DNA of 64,000 nucleotides from Antedon mediterranea (taxonomy: Eukaryota; Animalia; Echinodermata): contig NC_092679.1 of assembly GCF_964355755.1 (NCBI RefSeq), forward strand, positions 7,656,201-7,720,200. The letters are read 5' to 3'. Positions 40,674 through 64,000 of the stretch are shown piece by piece (positions within the stretch are counted from its first letter, which is position 1; the number at the start of each line of letters is the position of its first letter). The translations under genes were made by a program, and so were the position numbers. The notes under the pieces were generated by a model. That model made no database searches. It was not told where the DNA came from and saw only the letters and a program-made list of their open reading frames with translations.

Positions 40674-43600
40674 TGTCACGCCAAATGAGGTACCACTGCC
40701 AAATGAGGTACCGCACTTAATTTGGCGTCTAAGGCGCCAAATTAGGTACTATTGCAAAATGAAGTTCTATTGTAATTTTGTAAAATACAGTTTATATAAA
40801 ACAAACATATTTAAGCCAGTATTAAACTACAATATGTATTCTGTGTTGTTACGCCTGTTATTAGATCAAGCTATTACATTAAATTAAATATAAAGCAGAA
40901 AATAGTTATCCTTTTTGGATTTTCGTCGAATAGATCGAAGCGGAAGTGCTTCGGTCATGGTCCGCAAATTATATGATACGCCTTGTGTGCCAAAATGTTT
41001 TTACTGCTTTTAGTTGAATCACCGCGTGTACAATTAAAACCAATAGATTGTGCTGCAGTGCAGATTGTCTTTAATTTGAAATTTATATTTATACTGGGTA
41101 AACTCTTCAGTCAAAGACTGGTCTCCCAGAGGGGGCCCAGTTGGTGATCAGTGGCTGTGATGTACTAATACACCGGGGTAACCCCCTACTCGTCTCGAAA
41201 GATGTACTAGGTTCTTTAAAGTGCACACGAGCTAGATGTGTACACTGGACCTACGGTTTATAGTCCTTATCCGAGAAGACTCATAAATGTAAAAATGTTA
41301 CTGATGAATTGTAACGACATTGGGAATTAAAATGTGTTAAATAATATAGTACAGTAATGTGGGCTGTCTGCTTGGGGGTCTGTCTATCAAGGTACAACAT
41401 TTCGACGAAGCCAATTTAATATTTTCATTTTGTTTTAATATCTGTAGAATGCGTCGTCATTTATTCTGAAGCTAATACTGTAGGCCTATATACCGTAATC
41501 AGGCGGTATTATTAAGGCTAGCTCACGTACAGCAGAATTCACGTAGAATTATGTGGTGTTGTTGCTTGATTGTAAATTGCCCAGATCCTTCATTAGAAAA
41601 GAACTGATCAATTTGAATTGAATTAAGGTTAATTCTAGAACTGATATTAAGGAGTCTTTAGAACAGATATTAAGATGTCCTCTATAAACGGAGTCCTCAC
41701 AAACTCATATAAGAGGTCCTCTTGTAAAATCAGGTTCCCGTCGAATTTATTTTAGATAAGTAACTAAATTATCATGGATTTCGTAACCACCATTCCATCG
41801 ATAGCTTTTTTTTTCTCTTTTATGGCGCAAACACCACTTTTATCCACATTCATATTATCTCATGTCATTACATAAAATCATATTATTTAACACATTTTAA
41901 TTCCCAATGTCGTTACAATTCATCAGTAACATTTTTACATTTATGAATTCCGTATTGCCTCCTATTTTCATTAATGTTCTTCGTTTTAAAATATTTTACA
42001 CATAAAGAATTTGTGAGATTTTCAATTGTTTGTTTTAATTTTACAACCCGGATTATACAATGTATTTATATACAAGATAAAACGAATTAAATCAGATCAG
42101 CACCACCTGTAACTCGTATCACAGTGAATTCCTTTTCTGATAATCGAGCAAATTAGAATTTATATTAGCATAATAGTATTTCTTAAAGCTACCCATTTTT
42201 CTATACTTGTTTCTTTATTGTTATATCTTTCACATTCAATGTTAAGCATATTGCTTTCCTTTTGAATGAATTCCATAAAGATTTACCCACTGGCTTATTT
42301 AATGCTGATTTATTCTATAAATAGTGAAGGCTGCAAATGTGTATATATATGCCTAATCTACTATTCCATCGATATAGCTAATTAAATTACTGTATGTCAA
42401 TAAATAAAAAATATTAACTTACAGTAGCATCCCACTCTCATCACCCCACAAAGTATAAAAGTGCATGCATGTTCCATATTATGTACAACGTATGAATTGA
42501 TGGAACGAACAATCGAGATGAAAATAACGCATGCAATCTCCATTGCAAAATTAGGTTCCACTTAAGTATAAATTCTAATATTCCCGATCTCAAAAATAAT
42601 TAGTGTTATAACTACGGTAACTGTATTTAGCTTCCTATAATTTCGTCCACCCCCCCCCCCCCCCCGAACATGTTTTCAACATCGTATGAACAAACAAGGT
42701 GACCGACTTCATTGCAAAATTATGTTCCATTGCATTATTGCGAATTTAAGGTTGTTTCCGACTTCGAAGTAATACTTACTTAGAATTTCGCTCACCACCC
42801 CATTCCCATCCAAACTTGTTTCCCACATCGTAATATGAACAAACGAGATGACGACTTTTATTGCAAAATTACGTTCAATTATTTGCGAATTCACGTTGTG
42901 TAATTCCCAACCTTAAAATAACTGTATCATGTATTTAGCTTGCTTAGAATTTCGCTCACCACATTCCCATCCAAACTGTTTCTCACATCGATATGAACAA
43001 ATGAGATGACAACTTCATTGCACAATTATGATCCATTATTGCAAATTTATGTTCAAATGTTTCCGACATCAAGGTAAAAAGTACCAGCTGAATAAAATAT
43101 CTAACATATTGCAAAATTAGTCTCTATTATTGGGAATGTTTCCGACATCAAATATTGTTAAAACTTGATGAAAATGCTGAACTAATTAGGTACCATTATT
43201 TATTTATTGTGATATGCATGTTCAACTGTTACATTCTATTACGGTACGTGACATGAAAAGATTGATAACAAAAGAGAACAAGGCAATATCTCATCTTTAA
43301 ACATTTAGATAATGGAACCAAATTTTGCAATAAAGACTTCATTGAAAAATTTGGTTCCATTATCTAAATGTTTCCGACCTTATGAGTTATTGTTTTGATG
43401 AAACAATTTGATGAATTTCCCCTCGACTACCTTTAGGCCTACCATCCCTTATTTATTTATTATAGGTCACACACACATGTGTAACAAATGAGATGATGAA
43501 ATTATAACGAATACCCAACTAACAATTTGCGACTTAGGTTCGCCATATAGTATTGCGAATTTATGTTTTAATGTTTCAGACATCAAAGGAAATATAGTGT

Positions 43601-44384
43601 TATACTGTAGGTATAATAAGTGACAAAAATGTGATCATATAAATAATATTTTTAAATAACTTTTAAATAAAAAACATAGGCCTAAATAACATTGGTCATA
43701 TACATTTAAAAAAACGGAATTGATTAAATAGTAAGCAATGTTAAACAAAAAAATATATATAATAATCAGTAGAATAACAGGATACATTCATATTCAACGA
43801 ATAATCATTTTAATTTGAAAACATAATTATAGAAATTCATAAAACCGAACAAAATAATAACGGGAATAATGTACCGACGAAAGGAACGTCAAATCAAAAT
43901 TTTACTAGAAAATAATGCAGCAATAGCGTCCCATAACTCAAACACTAAACGCTTTAGCGCCGCCAAAGGCAAATTGTCCCAGACCATGTCCGCATAACAT
44001 GCAGACGTGACTTCAGACACTTTCCTTTGGCGCTAAAACGAGTAGTCTTCTTTTCCAGCTGCTTAGAAAGGGGTCGGTAGGCTTCCCATCATGCATTTCG
44101 AGTTTTCTAGATTTTTCGATGAACAGTGCCTTTCGTTTTTTACACTAAAATTGTAAATTTTCGTCGTATGTTTCAGTTATAATGGTTTAATTTCATACAA
44201 TGAGTATAGGTTAGAAATACTCCGGTTAATAATTTTCAGTTTGTGTTTATTTGGAAATAAGTAATATCAATATTTATAACACGATTAGCTCGCCAGAAAC
44301 GTGCTGCCAAATTAAGTGACCTAGCCTTGTGCGATACAGGCCACGCGAACCTCATTTGGCAATGTCACTTCATTTGGCGTTACA
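40674..44384. mobile_element. 3.7-kb non-autonomous DNA transposon with TGT...ACA ends, Ginger-like
   Basis: TIR TGTCACGCCAAATGA / TCATTTGGCGTTACA with repeated subterminal GCCAAATGAGG motifs; 5-bp TSD CAGAC (40669-40673, 44385-44389); many internal TTGCAAAATTAGGTTCCA-like repeats; no integrase ORF. Confidence 0.78.
41078..41281 (-). mobile_element. 5'-truncated SINE with a Deu/Nin-type conserved domain
   Basis: Minus strand reads GTCTTCTCGGATAAGGACTATAAACCGTAGGTCC...TAAAGAACC...AGTAGGGGGTTACCCCGGTG, resembling the DeuSINE/Nin central domain, followed by an A-rich tail. Recognised from memory. Confidence 0.65.
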
Positions 44385-44501
44385 CAGACCACCTTACCCA
44401 AGAATTTAACATTTTTCTAATTTGTACATGTTTACGTTAGGAGGCTACCCTTGTAAAATTAAATAAATAAATCCCACTATTACGACAACCTAGATTATAA
44501 C

Positions 44502-47210
44502 TCATTTCATTTAAAAAGACATTTATTTTCCTCCATAGCAATACAATACAAAATAATAAACAGAAATGGTAAGGTATATTAAAAATGAAAAAGATGATTG
44601 TTGGATATACAAAAGAAAAGTGAGTTAAAGAAAATTGGCTATGGAGGAAGGCATAATCCCGAGAAGATGAGGACATCTTGTGCTGGGTATGCCTATGCAA
44701 ATAAAATGGATAAAAAAATAAGAGTGGAAATTAAGAGAAACAAACAAGACAAAACAAATAATAAAATAAATAAATAAATCTAAAAAAATAGATCAATCAA
44801 ATTGTAGAATCAGAAAATAAAACTAAAAAACCACAGTAGATCAATGTTCAGCAGCATAAATCAAATTGCGACATTCGATCGTTGTCTTTTTATTAGTTTG
44901 ACATTAGGTGTTGTTTTAATTTAATGGAAAATAAAGAAATTGAAACAGCATTTGTAATTGGGGGTGGTAAACTGTTCATCATTGATGGACCGGAGTATCT
45001 AATACTGTTTTGAAAATAATTGGTGTTGTGGATAGGTATGTGTAAATCAGTTCTAGAACGTGTAGGGTAATTGTGAATAGAAAAATTCGGAATAAACATA
45101 TTGTTTAAATGATTTGGAGAAGTGGAATGCAGGGCAGAGAATACAAATTTGCCTTGTTGCATTAAGTTTATATCAATGAGTTTGAGGAGATTAAGTTTGG
45201 AAAATAAATGGGAAGAATGGGACCGCGGTGGAGCGCCAGATATAATCCTGATAGCCTTCTTTTGAATAATTTGCAGTTTACTGAGGTTGGATACGTAAGT
45301 ATTGGCGCAGACAATGTTACAGTAGCTCAAATAGGGAAGAATGAGGGAGCAGTAGAGGGTTCGAAGAATATTAAGGGGTAAAAATGAGGATAACCTAGAT
45401 ATGATACCAACGCTTTTGGAAGTCTTATTCTCTACTTCTTTAATATGATTTTTCCACGTTAGATTGCTGTCCATAACTACACCTAAAAACTTAGCTGATT
45501 GTACACAAGGTATATCCTGGTTGTCAATGGTAATTTTGTTGGCTGATAAGTCAATAGATTTTAATAGTTGTGGGGTCCCAAAAAGGATGAAGCTACATTT
45601 TTTATGATTAAGAGAAAGTTTATTAGCTGCAAAATATTGGGACAAATTGATCAAATTGGAGTTTACAGTATTGAATAAGGATTGGACATTTTTGTTAGAA
45701 TAAAGTACTGTAGTGTCGTCAGCATAAAGGAAAAAATTTAGGAGAAGTGAATATCATTGATGTATAGAATAAATAAGTAGAGATCCTTGAGGGACGCCGC
45801 ATGTGATAGGACTAAAAGTGGATATGGAGTGAGAGTATTTGGTACATTGGGCACGATTGGAGAGGTAACTATTTAAGAGATTAATTGCTGATCCACGGAT
45901 TCCATAGTGAGATAATTTGTGTAGAAGAATACTGTGGTCAATAGTATCAAAAGCCTTGGAAGGTCTATGAAAATGCCGATTGTAAGATGACGGTTTTCGA
46001 AAGCGTCTATAATTTTATTTGTCAGGTTGATGAGAGCCATTGACGTGTTGTGTCCCTTTCTGAAACCGTATTGTCTGTTGAAAAGTAAGTTGAATTTGGT
46101 AATAAATGAAAATATTCGGTCATAAATTACTCTTTCCAGGGCTTTTGAAAAAATGGATAAAATGGAGATCGGTCGATAATTAGAGAGATCAGATTTAGGA
46201 CCAGATTTGTATATAGGGGTAACGCGTGCTAGCTTCATCCTCTCTGGGAACACACCGCTGGATAAAGCAAGATTAAAAATATGACACAGGGGAAGGGAAA
46301 TCAGGTCAGCAATGTATTTAATGGCCTTGGTATGAAAGTCATCAATACCTGGAGATTTATTTTTTTCAAAAGAGGTTATTATTTTGACTATTTCAGACTC
46401 ATCAACTGGGTTAAGAAATATTAGATTTGGATTTGGTAAGAATTCTTTGAATGATTTGGTAACACGGGGAATTTGGTTTGCAAGGGTGGGGCCAATTTCG
46501 ACAAAGTATTTATTAAACGCATTAGAAATTTTCTCCTGATCTTCGGTCAATTCGCCATCGCAGTTAAAGGGAGTATTGGATTGTTGATTGCTGTTGTTTT
46601 TGTTAATCAGAAAATTAATTGTCTTCCAAGTTGCCTTGATATCATTTTTATGTTTGTGAAATATATTTTGGAAGTAATTAGCTTTAGAAATTTTGATTAC
46701 AGAATTCAATTTATTGGGGTATAGTTTATAAGCTTTTTCATTTATGGGAGTCGGACGGTGAAGAAATTTGGCATATAATTTCTGCTTATATTTTATGGAT
46801 TTCAGCAAGCCGTCAGACATCCATGATTTTATTTTTTTGTCTTTTTTAGTATTGTATTGGAGGGGGAAGTTTTTGTCGTATAGGGACTTTAGTGTGTTTT
46901 CAAAGTAATTGTATGCTATATCGGGGTCCTGGTTGTAAAATACATTGGTCCACTGTTGAGTAGCCACTTCTTGACGGAAGTGTTCTAATGTAGAGGGGTT
47001 AATTTTCCTAAAAGCCAATTTATCTTCCCTGTTTGAGCTAGTAGTAACATTAGACAAAAATGAAATATTAAACACTGGGAGATGGTCAGAGATGTCACTG
47101 TAAAATAGTCCACTCATGTTTGGAAAGTCAATTTGATTGCTTATGATATTGTCTAACAGGGTAGCTGTAGTTTTGGTAATACGAGATGGTCTGTGAATGC
47201 GGGGAAGGTA
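44502..47210 (-). mobile_element. 5'-truncated, frameshifted CR1/L2-group LINE (end of APE endonuclease plus reverse transcriptase)
   Basis: PSRIT..TLLDNI, SDHLPV, KSPGID, NYRPIS, QYGFR, GVPQGS (about 45780-45797), LYADDT (about 45712-45729) and KFLGV..D..LTW, split over ORFs 45873-47117 and 44893-45654. The 3' UTR ends in AATAAA plus (AAATG) repeats. Confidence 0.93.
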
Positions 47211-47512
47211 ACGATATTGATTTGATCATCTCATCTTGCGTTAGTAATTAATAAACACAATATTGCAAAACAAATTTGAAGATGTTAAAAAGTATTGTTG
47301 TAATAATTTAAAAATGTACTGAAGGTGAGTGTATCATCTCACAAAAAACTATAAGATTATGGATATTTATACACAGATTTATAGAAAAACATTTAGAAAT
47401 CCATCCATCCTGTTATCTATGAATTTCCTATAGAAAGTTCTCTGTTCAGTTCACGGCGCTGATTGTACTTAAAACTAATGAGGGTTATTATCAATGCTGT
47501 TGATTTATATTT

Positions 47513-48148
47513 AAACTAGAGGGTACTCCGAGAGTACAAACCTCCGCCTACTGTAAAATTCCTCTACATAAAATGCCCCCTGAATATTTTTTTTTAACAT
47601 TTTTTTTTTATTAGTTCTAAGTGTAAATATGTTAACTGCACACTACAAAGTTGTGGATGACAGTGTGGTGTAATGGTTATGTATCCAGCCTCTCACAGTT
47701 GAGGTCGCTGGTTCAAGCCCCACTGAGGGTTTTTTTTTTTTAATTATTTTTTTATTTTTTATTTTTTTTTTTTGGTGGACCTTGATCTTTGACCCTGACC
47801 CTTCAAAATGTAACCACAATTATATGATGTGTCATTGATCATTGTGGCTAAGTTTGGTGAGAATCGGATCAAAACTGTGGTCTCTAGACAGTAAAATAGT
47901 TTTTTGTTAGTTATGACCTTGACCTATGACCTTTCCCCCTCAAATTCGAACTCGTCCGAGCTTTTTGGGCATAGATCATTGTGTCCAAATTTGGTTAGAA
48001 TCGGATAAAAACTGTGGCCTCCAGGCTGTTCACAGACACACACACAAACACACAAACACACACACACACAAACACACAAACACACACACAAACACAAACA
48101 CACAAACATACAGGGGTGAAAACATAACCTCCTTCTTGGCGGAGGTAA
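47513..48148 (+). mobile_element. HINE/DINE-1-like (Helentron-associated) non-autonomous element
   Basis: 5' AAACTAGA...CCTCCGCC subterminal repeat, TGACCTTGACC core motifs, a CA-rich microsatellite (48033-48110) and a 3' hairpin ACCTCCTTCTTGGCGGAGGT followed by an A-run. Confidence 0.72.
47659..47730 (+). pseudogene. tRNA-derived segment (A box TGGTGTAATGG, B box GGTTCAAGCCC) followed by poly-T
   Basis: A and B boxes at tRNA-like spacing, possible CAC anticodon; the acceptor stem does not pair well, so this is not a functional tRNA. Confidence 0.55.
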
Positions 48149-48295
48149 AAATAGGAAATTTTATACGTGGAACTCCCCTTTAAGGTTAAGAAATGCTTGA
48201 ACTCCCCCATTTCTGAGTCACGTGTTTAACGGCACGTGATATCAACAATTCCATGTGAATGACGGGTGGAAGATTGACACAAAAAAGTAAGCAGT

Positions 48296-59212
<10,917 letters not shown>

Positions 59213-59497
59213 TCTAATACCCATTAAGATTGACAAAGAGTTTATCTGATTTAGATTGTGTGTTCAACATTACCATTGGTACAGGTTGCTGACTCAGCAG
59301 AGTTGCAGCTTATGTACCAATCACCATGTTACCATCTCAATTAGCCACATCACCATTGGTATAGAGCTGCAAGTTATGTGATAAATCTCCCCATAAATAC
59401 CAACCACCACCACCATTTTTTATATGTTTTGTTAGGAATAGTATTTTATAAATTTACCCCTCTTTCTCTCTTATTTAACACAAATTCATTATAGTAT

Positions 59498-59514
59498 AAA
59501 AATAAATTAATAAA
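59498..59514 (+). terminator. Probable polyadenylation signals of the SLC38A6-like gene
   Basis: Two AATAAA hexamers about 290 bp after the stop codon, followed by a T/GT-rich tract. Confidence 0.5.
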
Positions 59515-59890
59515 TTGTTTAAAAGTGTAATATATAACATGTTTCCATTTTTTGTGTCTTATATTATATTTTCTTTTATTTAACTAGAAGTAATTTACTT
59601 TTAAAACACTTATTATATACAATTTTGTTGTTCATAAAAAAGTACGATGTAGGATGCCAATTGTAAGATTGTGCTACACGGAGCACTCATCTTTGACCTA
59701 TACAATACAAACATTGTCGATAATTATTATTAAGTTCTTTACAATTAACATTGATAATGATAAATGACCCCACGATGAGCAAATATTGACATAGCGATCA
59801 CCGATTATGACAATGCAATATTAAAATGAAAATACATAGCTGAATTTCATCACTGTTATTCTGTACTTTCAACGACCAAGATCTCTCAAC

Positions 59891-62800
59891 ATGGCACCTC
59901 GTATCGTCTTAATCACTGGCTGCTCCTCAGGAATCGGTCTATGGGCAGCTGTAGTGCTGGCAAAGCAACCTGATTTCAAGGTATAAGTCTAGGACCTGGG
60001 TCAGATTTGTATGCACTTAATTTAGGAGAGAATATCTCAACTGTTATAGGATAATTTGACCCCAAGGAACAACATGGGATATGTGCCAAATTCGCTATCC
60101 GGGGCGAACATGCCCAAAACCGGGGTCAAAGGTTAAAAATGTGTGGTTCTTATATCTCGACAACCACTTGTCGTACAGATTTGCTTTTGGTGTCAAATTG
60201 TTCAGAATATACATATTTATATTCGGTCTAACACAACTTTTGGCGAAAAAATGACCGGATATGCTTTTACTGACCTTTGGCCCAAAAATGAACAAAAAAC
60301 ACATTTTTGGGTTAAATTATTCTTTAAAATGCCAATGGACTAACTGTATGGTATCAAATGAAAGCATACACAATATGCTACCCATTGCTACCCAACTTGT
60401 ATTATAAATTTTCAATTATGAGGCTAACTGTATGGAAAATGTGCATATTTTGATTACTTTGATATAAAAAAAATGAATATTTGGTAACATAATTGTTAAG
60501 TTTATTTATATAATATTAAATAATTGTAAGTATTTGGAAAAACTATTTGGTATCAAATAAAAGCCCATAAAATATTCTATCCATTGCTACCCAACTTGTA
60601 TTAAAAATCTGTAATTATGATGCTAATTTTGCTAAAAAAGTGCATATTTTATAATTTTTTTACAAAAATTAGTATATTAAATAGTGTAAATTTATTTTGG
60701 TTTATTTTGTATAATAAATCAATATTTGTTTAGCTTTAATGAACTATGTCACATATTAAATGAAAGCCAATCAAATATGCTATCCAATTGAATTGTAAAG
60801 TTAAAATTATAAAGCTAATTTATAAAATGTGTTATACATATGTATAGTGTAAATATATTTTGGTTTATTATACATTTAATTCTAGTGTTTTAAATAACTA
60901 TTTGGTATCAAATTAAACCCCATAAAACATGCTACCTAGTACATACAGATTATCCAATATGTATTGAAAATGAATCTTTTTTTTTTGTGGAAAATATAGA
61001 ATTATATAATATTATAAATAAACCAAAATAAATTTACACTACTTACTGTATTCTCATTTTTGTCCAAAAAAAAAGAATATTTTCAAAAAAGTCATAATTA
61101 AAGATTTTCAATACAAGTTTGGTACCAATGGATAGTAAGTATATTGTATAGGTTTAATTTTTATACCAAATATAACGCTAGAATTATTTAAACCAAAATA
61201 AATTTACACTAATTTATACTCATTTTTGTCTAAAATTAATAAAATATGCATATTTTCCAAAAGTAGCATCGCATAATTAAAGATTTTTAATAAAAGTTGG
61301 GTAGCTATGAATAGCATATTTTATGTGCTTTCCTTTGATACCAAATATGTCTTCCAAACATTTGAATTATTTAATATCGTAAATAAACCAAAATAAATTT
61401 ATACTATCTAGTATCATTTTTGTCAAAAAACAATAAAATATTCACATCTTTTTACAAAATTAGCATCATAATTACAGATTTTTATTACAAGATGGGTGCC
61501 AATGAATAGAATATTTTATGGGCTTTCATTTGATACTATATAGTTCTTTCAAACACTCAAATTATTTAATATTATAAATAAACATAACAATTACGCTACC
61601 AAATATTCATTTTCTGTATAAAAGTAATCAAAATATGCACATTTTCCATACAATTAGCTTCATAATTAAAAATGTTCAGTACAAGTTGGGTAGCAATGGG
61701 TAGCATATTGTGTATGCTTTCATTTGATACCATACAGTTTGTCCATTGGCATTTTAAAGAATAATTTAACCCGAAAATGTGTTTTGGTCATTTTTGGGTC
61801 AAAGGTCAGTAAAAGCATTTCCGGTCATTTTTTCGCCAAAAGTTGTGTTAGACCGAATATAAATATATATATATTCTAAACAATTTGACTCCAAAAGCAA
61901 ATCTGTACGACAACTGTTTGTCGAGATATAAGAACCACACATTGTTAACCTTTGACCCCGGTTTTGGGCATGTTCGCCCTGGATAGAGAATTTGGCACAT
62001 ATCCCATATTGTTCCTTGGGGTCATTATCTTATAACAGTTGAGATATTCTCTCCTAAATTAAATGCATACAAATCTGACCCAGGTCCTAGACTGTACTAA
62101 TCATATATGATTGCAATTAGTGGGCGCGCATTGTGTGAGTTTTTTGCGCACGCATGTGAAGTTTCTTTCTCAAAACACGTGGAAGTGTTAGTAAAAACGT
62201 ACAAATAATGTGGCATATATTTTAATAATTTGTCTTTCTCTAAATCTAATTGCTTTGAAGCTTTTTAGCGGCCCTCCATGAGTACACTATCTTTAGGCGA
62301 CCTAAATATTTGTATTTTTATTAGGTGTATGCGACGATGAGAAATACTGGTAAGAAGGGAGAACTGGAAAAAGCAGCCGGTGGCTGTCTTGACAAAACCT
62401 TGTTCATCCGAAAGTTGGACGTCAAAGATGACAAGACGTTCAAACCTGTTTTGGATGAGATCATCAACTCAAATGGCAAATTAGACGTCTTAAGTGAGTC
62501 ACTTGCTGAGAATGTAGTAATTTACAGTAATCTTGAATTGAAGCCCAAGGCTTATACACCATAATATGCGTGATTTCTTATGATTGTTTAATTCAAAATC
62601 CAATCTTCTTTTTAGTCAACAACGCAGGACTTGGAATGCTTACAATATCCGAAGCGGCGCCCGTGGAAGGAGTGCGCCATGTATTCGAGACCAACGTCAT
62701 CGGGTTGTTTCAACTAACTCAGGCTGTAATTCCAATAATGAAGAAACAAAAAGCAGGACATATTGTTAATGTTACAAGTATCGGTGGAATAGCAGGTGTT

Positions 62801-63695
62801 GTACGCGTATTCGCTTGCAATAGTTTTGACCAATCGCGCAGCGACCTTCTCATCCCTTTCTAAAATCCGCGTACTTAAAATGGAAATTCAGACTTTTTTT
62901 TGGTTTTGCAAGCCTAGAACCATGTCAAATATAAATCATTGCAATTTATTATGAACATTTAACCATCACTATATTATCTACAGGTGTACCTTACAACACC
63001 ATGTACTGCGCTTCAAAGTTTGCAGTAGAAGGAATGACTGAATCACTAGCTGTTGAGTTGATGTCTGATAATATTCGGTAGGTTCATCATAAATATGTAT
63101 TAAAATATAGTGACTACAAACACTTCGTTTGCGTCCCATCACCCAATGTCATGACTCGTCTGTTTGCTGATTAACTAACTGACCATTAATATTATTAGTA
63201 ATTGCACTATATTGAGCAGAAATGATAACTCAGTTGATTAAATTCCATTTGCTGGAATTTGTTTTGATGTCTAGCCTAGTTTGTCAATGAAACCTTAAAG
63301 AGATGCAAATTTTACGCATAACTTGTGCGTGTTTTGCTGATTTAGTGATTTTATTTTTTCCTATTAGATTTAGTTTGATTGAACCAGGTCCAGTCAACAC
63401 CAGTTTCCGTGAAAACATCCAGGACGCTAGCGGCACAGGATTGGACAACCCGGATATCGATGAAGACACCAAAAAGAAATTTGTAACCCTTGTCAATAGT
63501 ATTAGCGATTCTTTCGCAAAAGTCGCTCAAACGGGTGAAGATATTGCTAAAGTTATTCTTAAAGCGGTTACTGATGAGAAGCCATGCCTTCGATACCAAA
63601 CGAGCGAGTATGGAGTAATGAGGGCTAAAAAAACACTAGTTGATTCGACGGGAAATAATTTCTTAGATATGTTTCGTGCTGCGATTAAAAATTAA
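59891..63695 (+). CDS. Second RDH8 / 17beta-HSD1-like SDR paralogue, 286 aa (exons 59891-59980, 62325-62493, 62616-62795, 62984-63077, 63368-63695)
   Basis: [24 protein letters not shown], catalytic YCASK and IEPGPV. Internal exons of 169, 180 and 94 bp match the first paralogue in length and phase; total 861 bp. Confidence 0.93.
59986..62093. mobile_element. 2.1-kb foldback-type non-autonomous DNA transposon in SDR intron 1
   Basis: AGTCTAGGACCTGGGTCAGATTTGTATGCA... is mirrored at ...TGCATACAAATCTGACCCAGGTCCTAGACT. Arms pair for more than 600 bp and the centre is built from GGTATCAAATGAAAGC-type repeats. The TSD is unclear (possibly TA). Confidence 0.88.
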
Positions 63696-64000
63696 AAATG
63701 ATTATTAATTAAATAATGTAGTCTTACTCACATTCTTTTATTAACGAGTTTTAATTAAAATAGCTGGCTCCTGCTTTGTTTTACTTTATGAAGAGTTTAA
63801 CCAAATTTAACGCAAGCGTACAAATTATGTGCAACACGTACAAGATTTGTACGCGCGCGTTCGTACTGCTGTACGTACGTGTCTCTTTATTGTGGCATTG
63901 GTATTTTATTACAAACATTCTTAAATCGAGTGTAAATCAAACACAAATAGTATGATGACATCAATGAATAAACATACATCTGGTGGAAACTAGAATATTC

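Noticed and set aside
47924-48210. Cys/Val- and Thr/His-rich ORFs
   Set aside because: Translations of a CA microsatellite inside the HINE-like element.

Overview
AT-rich animal genomic DNA with GT-AG spliceosomal introns; a Deu/Nin-type SINE and the gene content suggest an invertebrate, possibly a deuterostome (inference). Three multi-exon genes can be assembled by hand with consistent intron phases: two paralogous RDH8/17beta-HSD1-like short-chain dehydrogenases (33320-39754 minus; 59891-63695 plus) and a 13-exon SLC38A6-like amino-acid transporter (48296-59212 plus). A BAD-like BH3-only gene (8183-12347 plus) has two Akt-type motifs, a BH3 helix and a terminal exon that the ORF track misses. 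A candidate orphan secreted-protein gene lies on the minus strand (16843/16992-20454). The rest is dense in mostly non-autonomous DNA transposons with readable TIRs and TSDs (Harbinger, Academ, AcademH-like, Ginger-like, ISL2EU-like, foldback, a self-nesting MITE family, a 24-bp TIR-only element), a decayed CR1/L2-group LINE, a HINE-like element and minisatellites. One minisatellite is an amplification of an SLC38A6 splice donor. All assignments come from manual reading; no searches were run.
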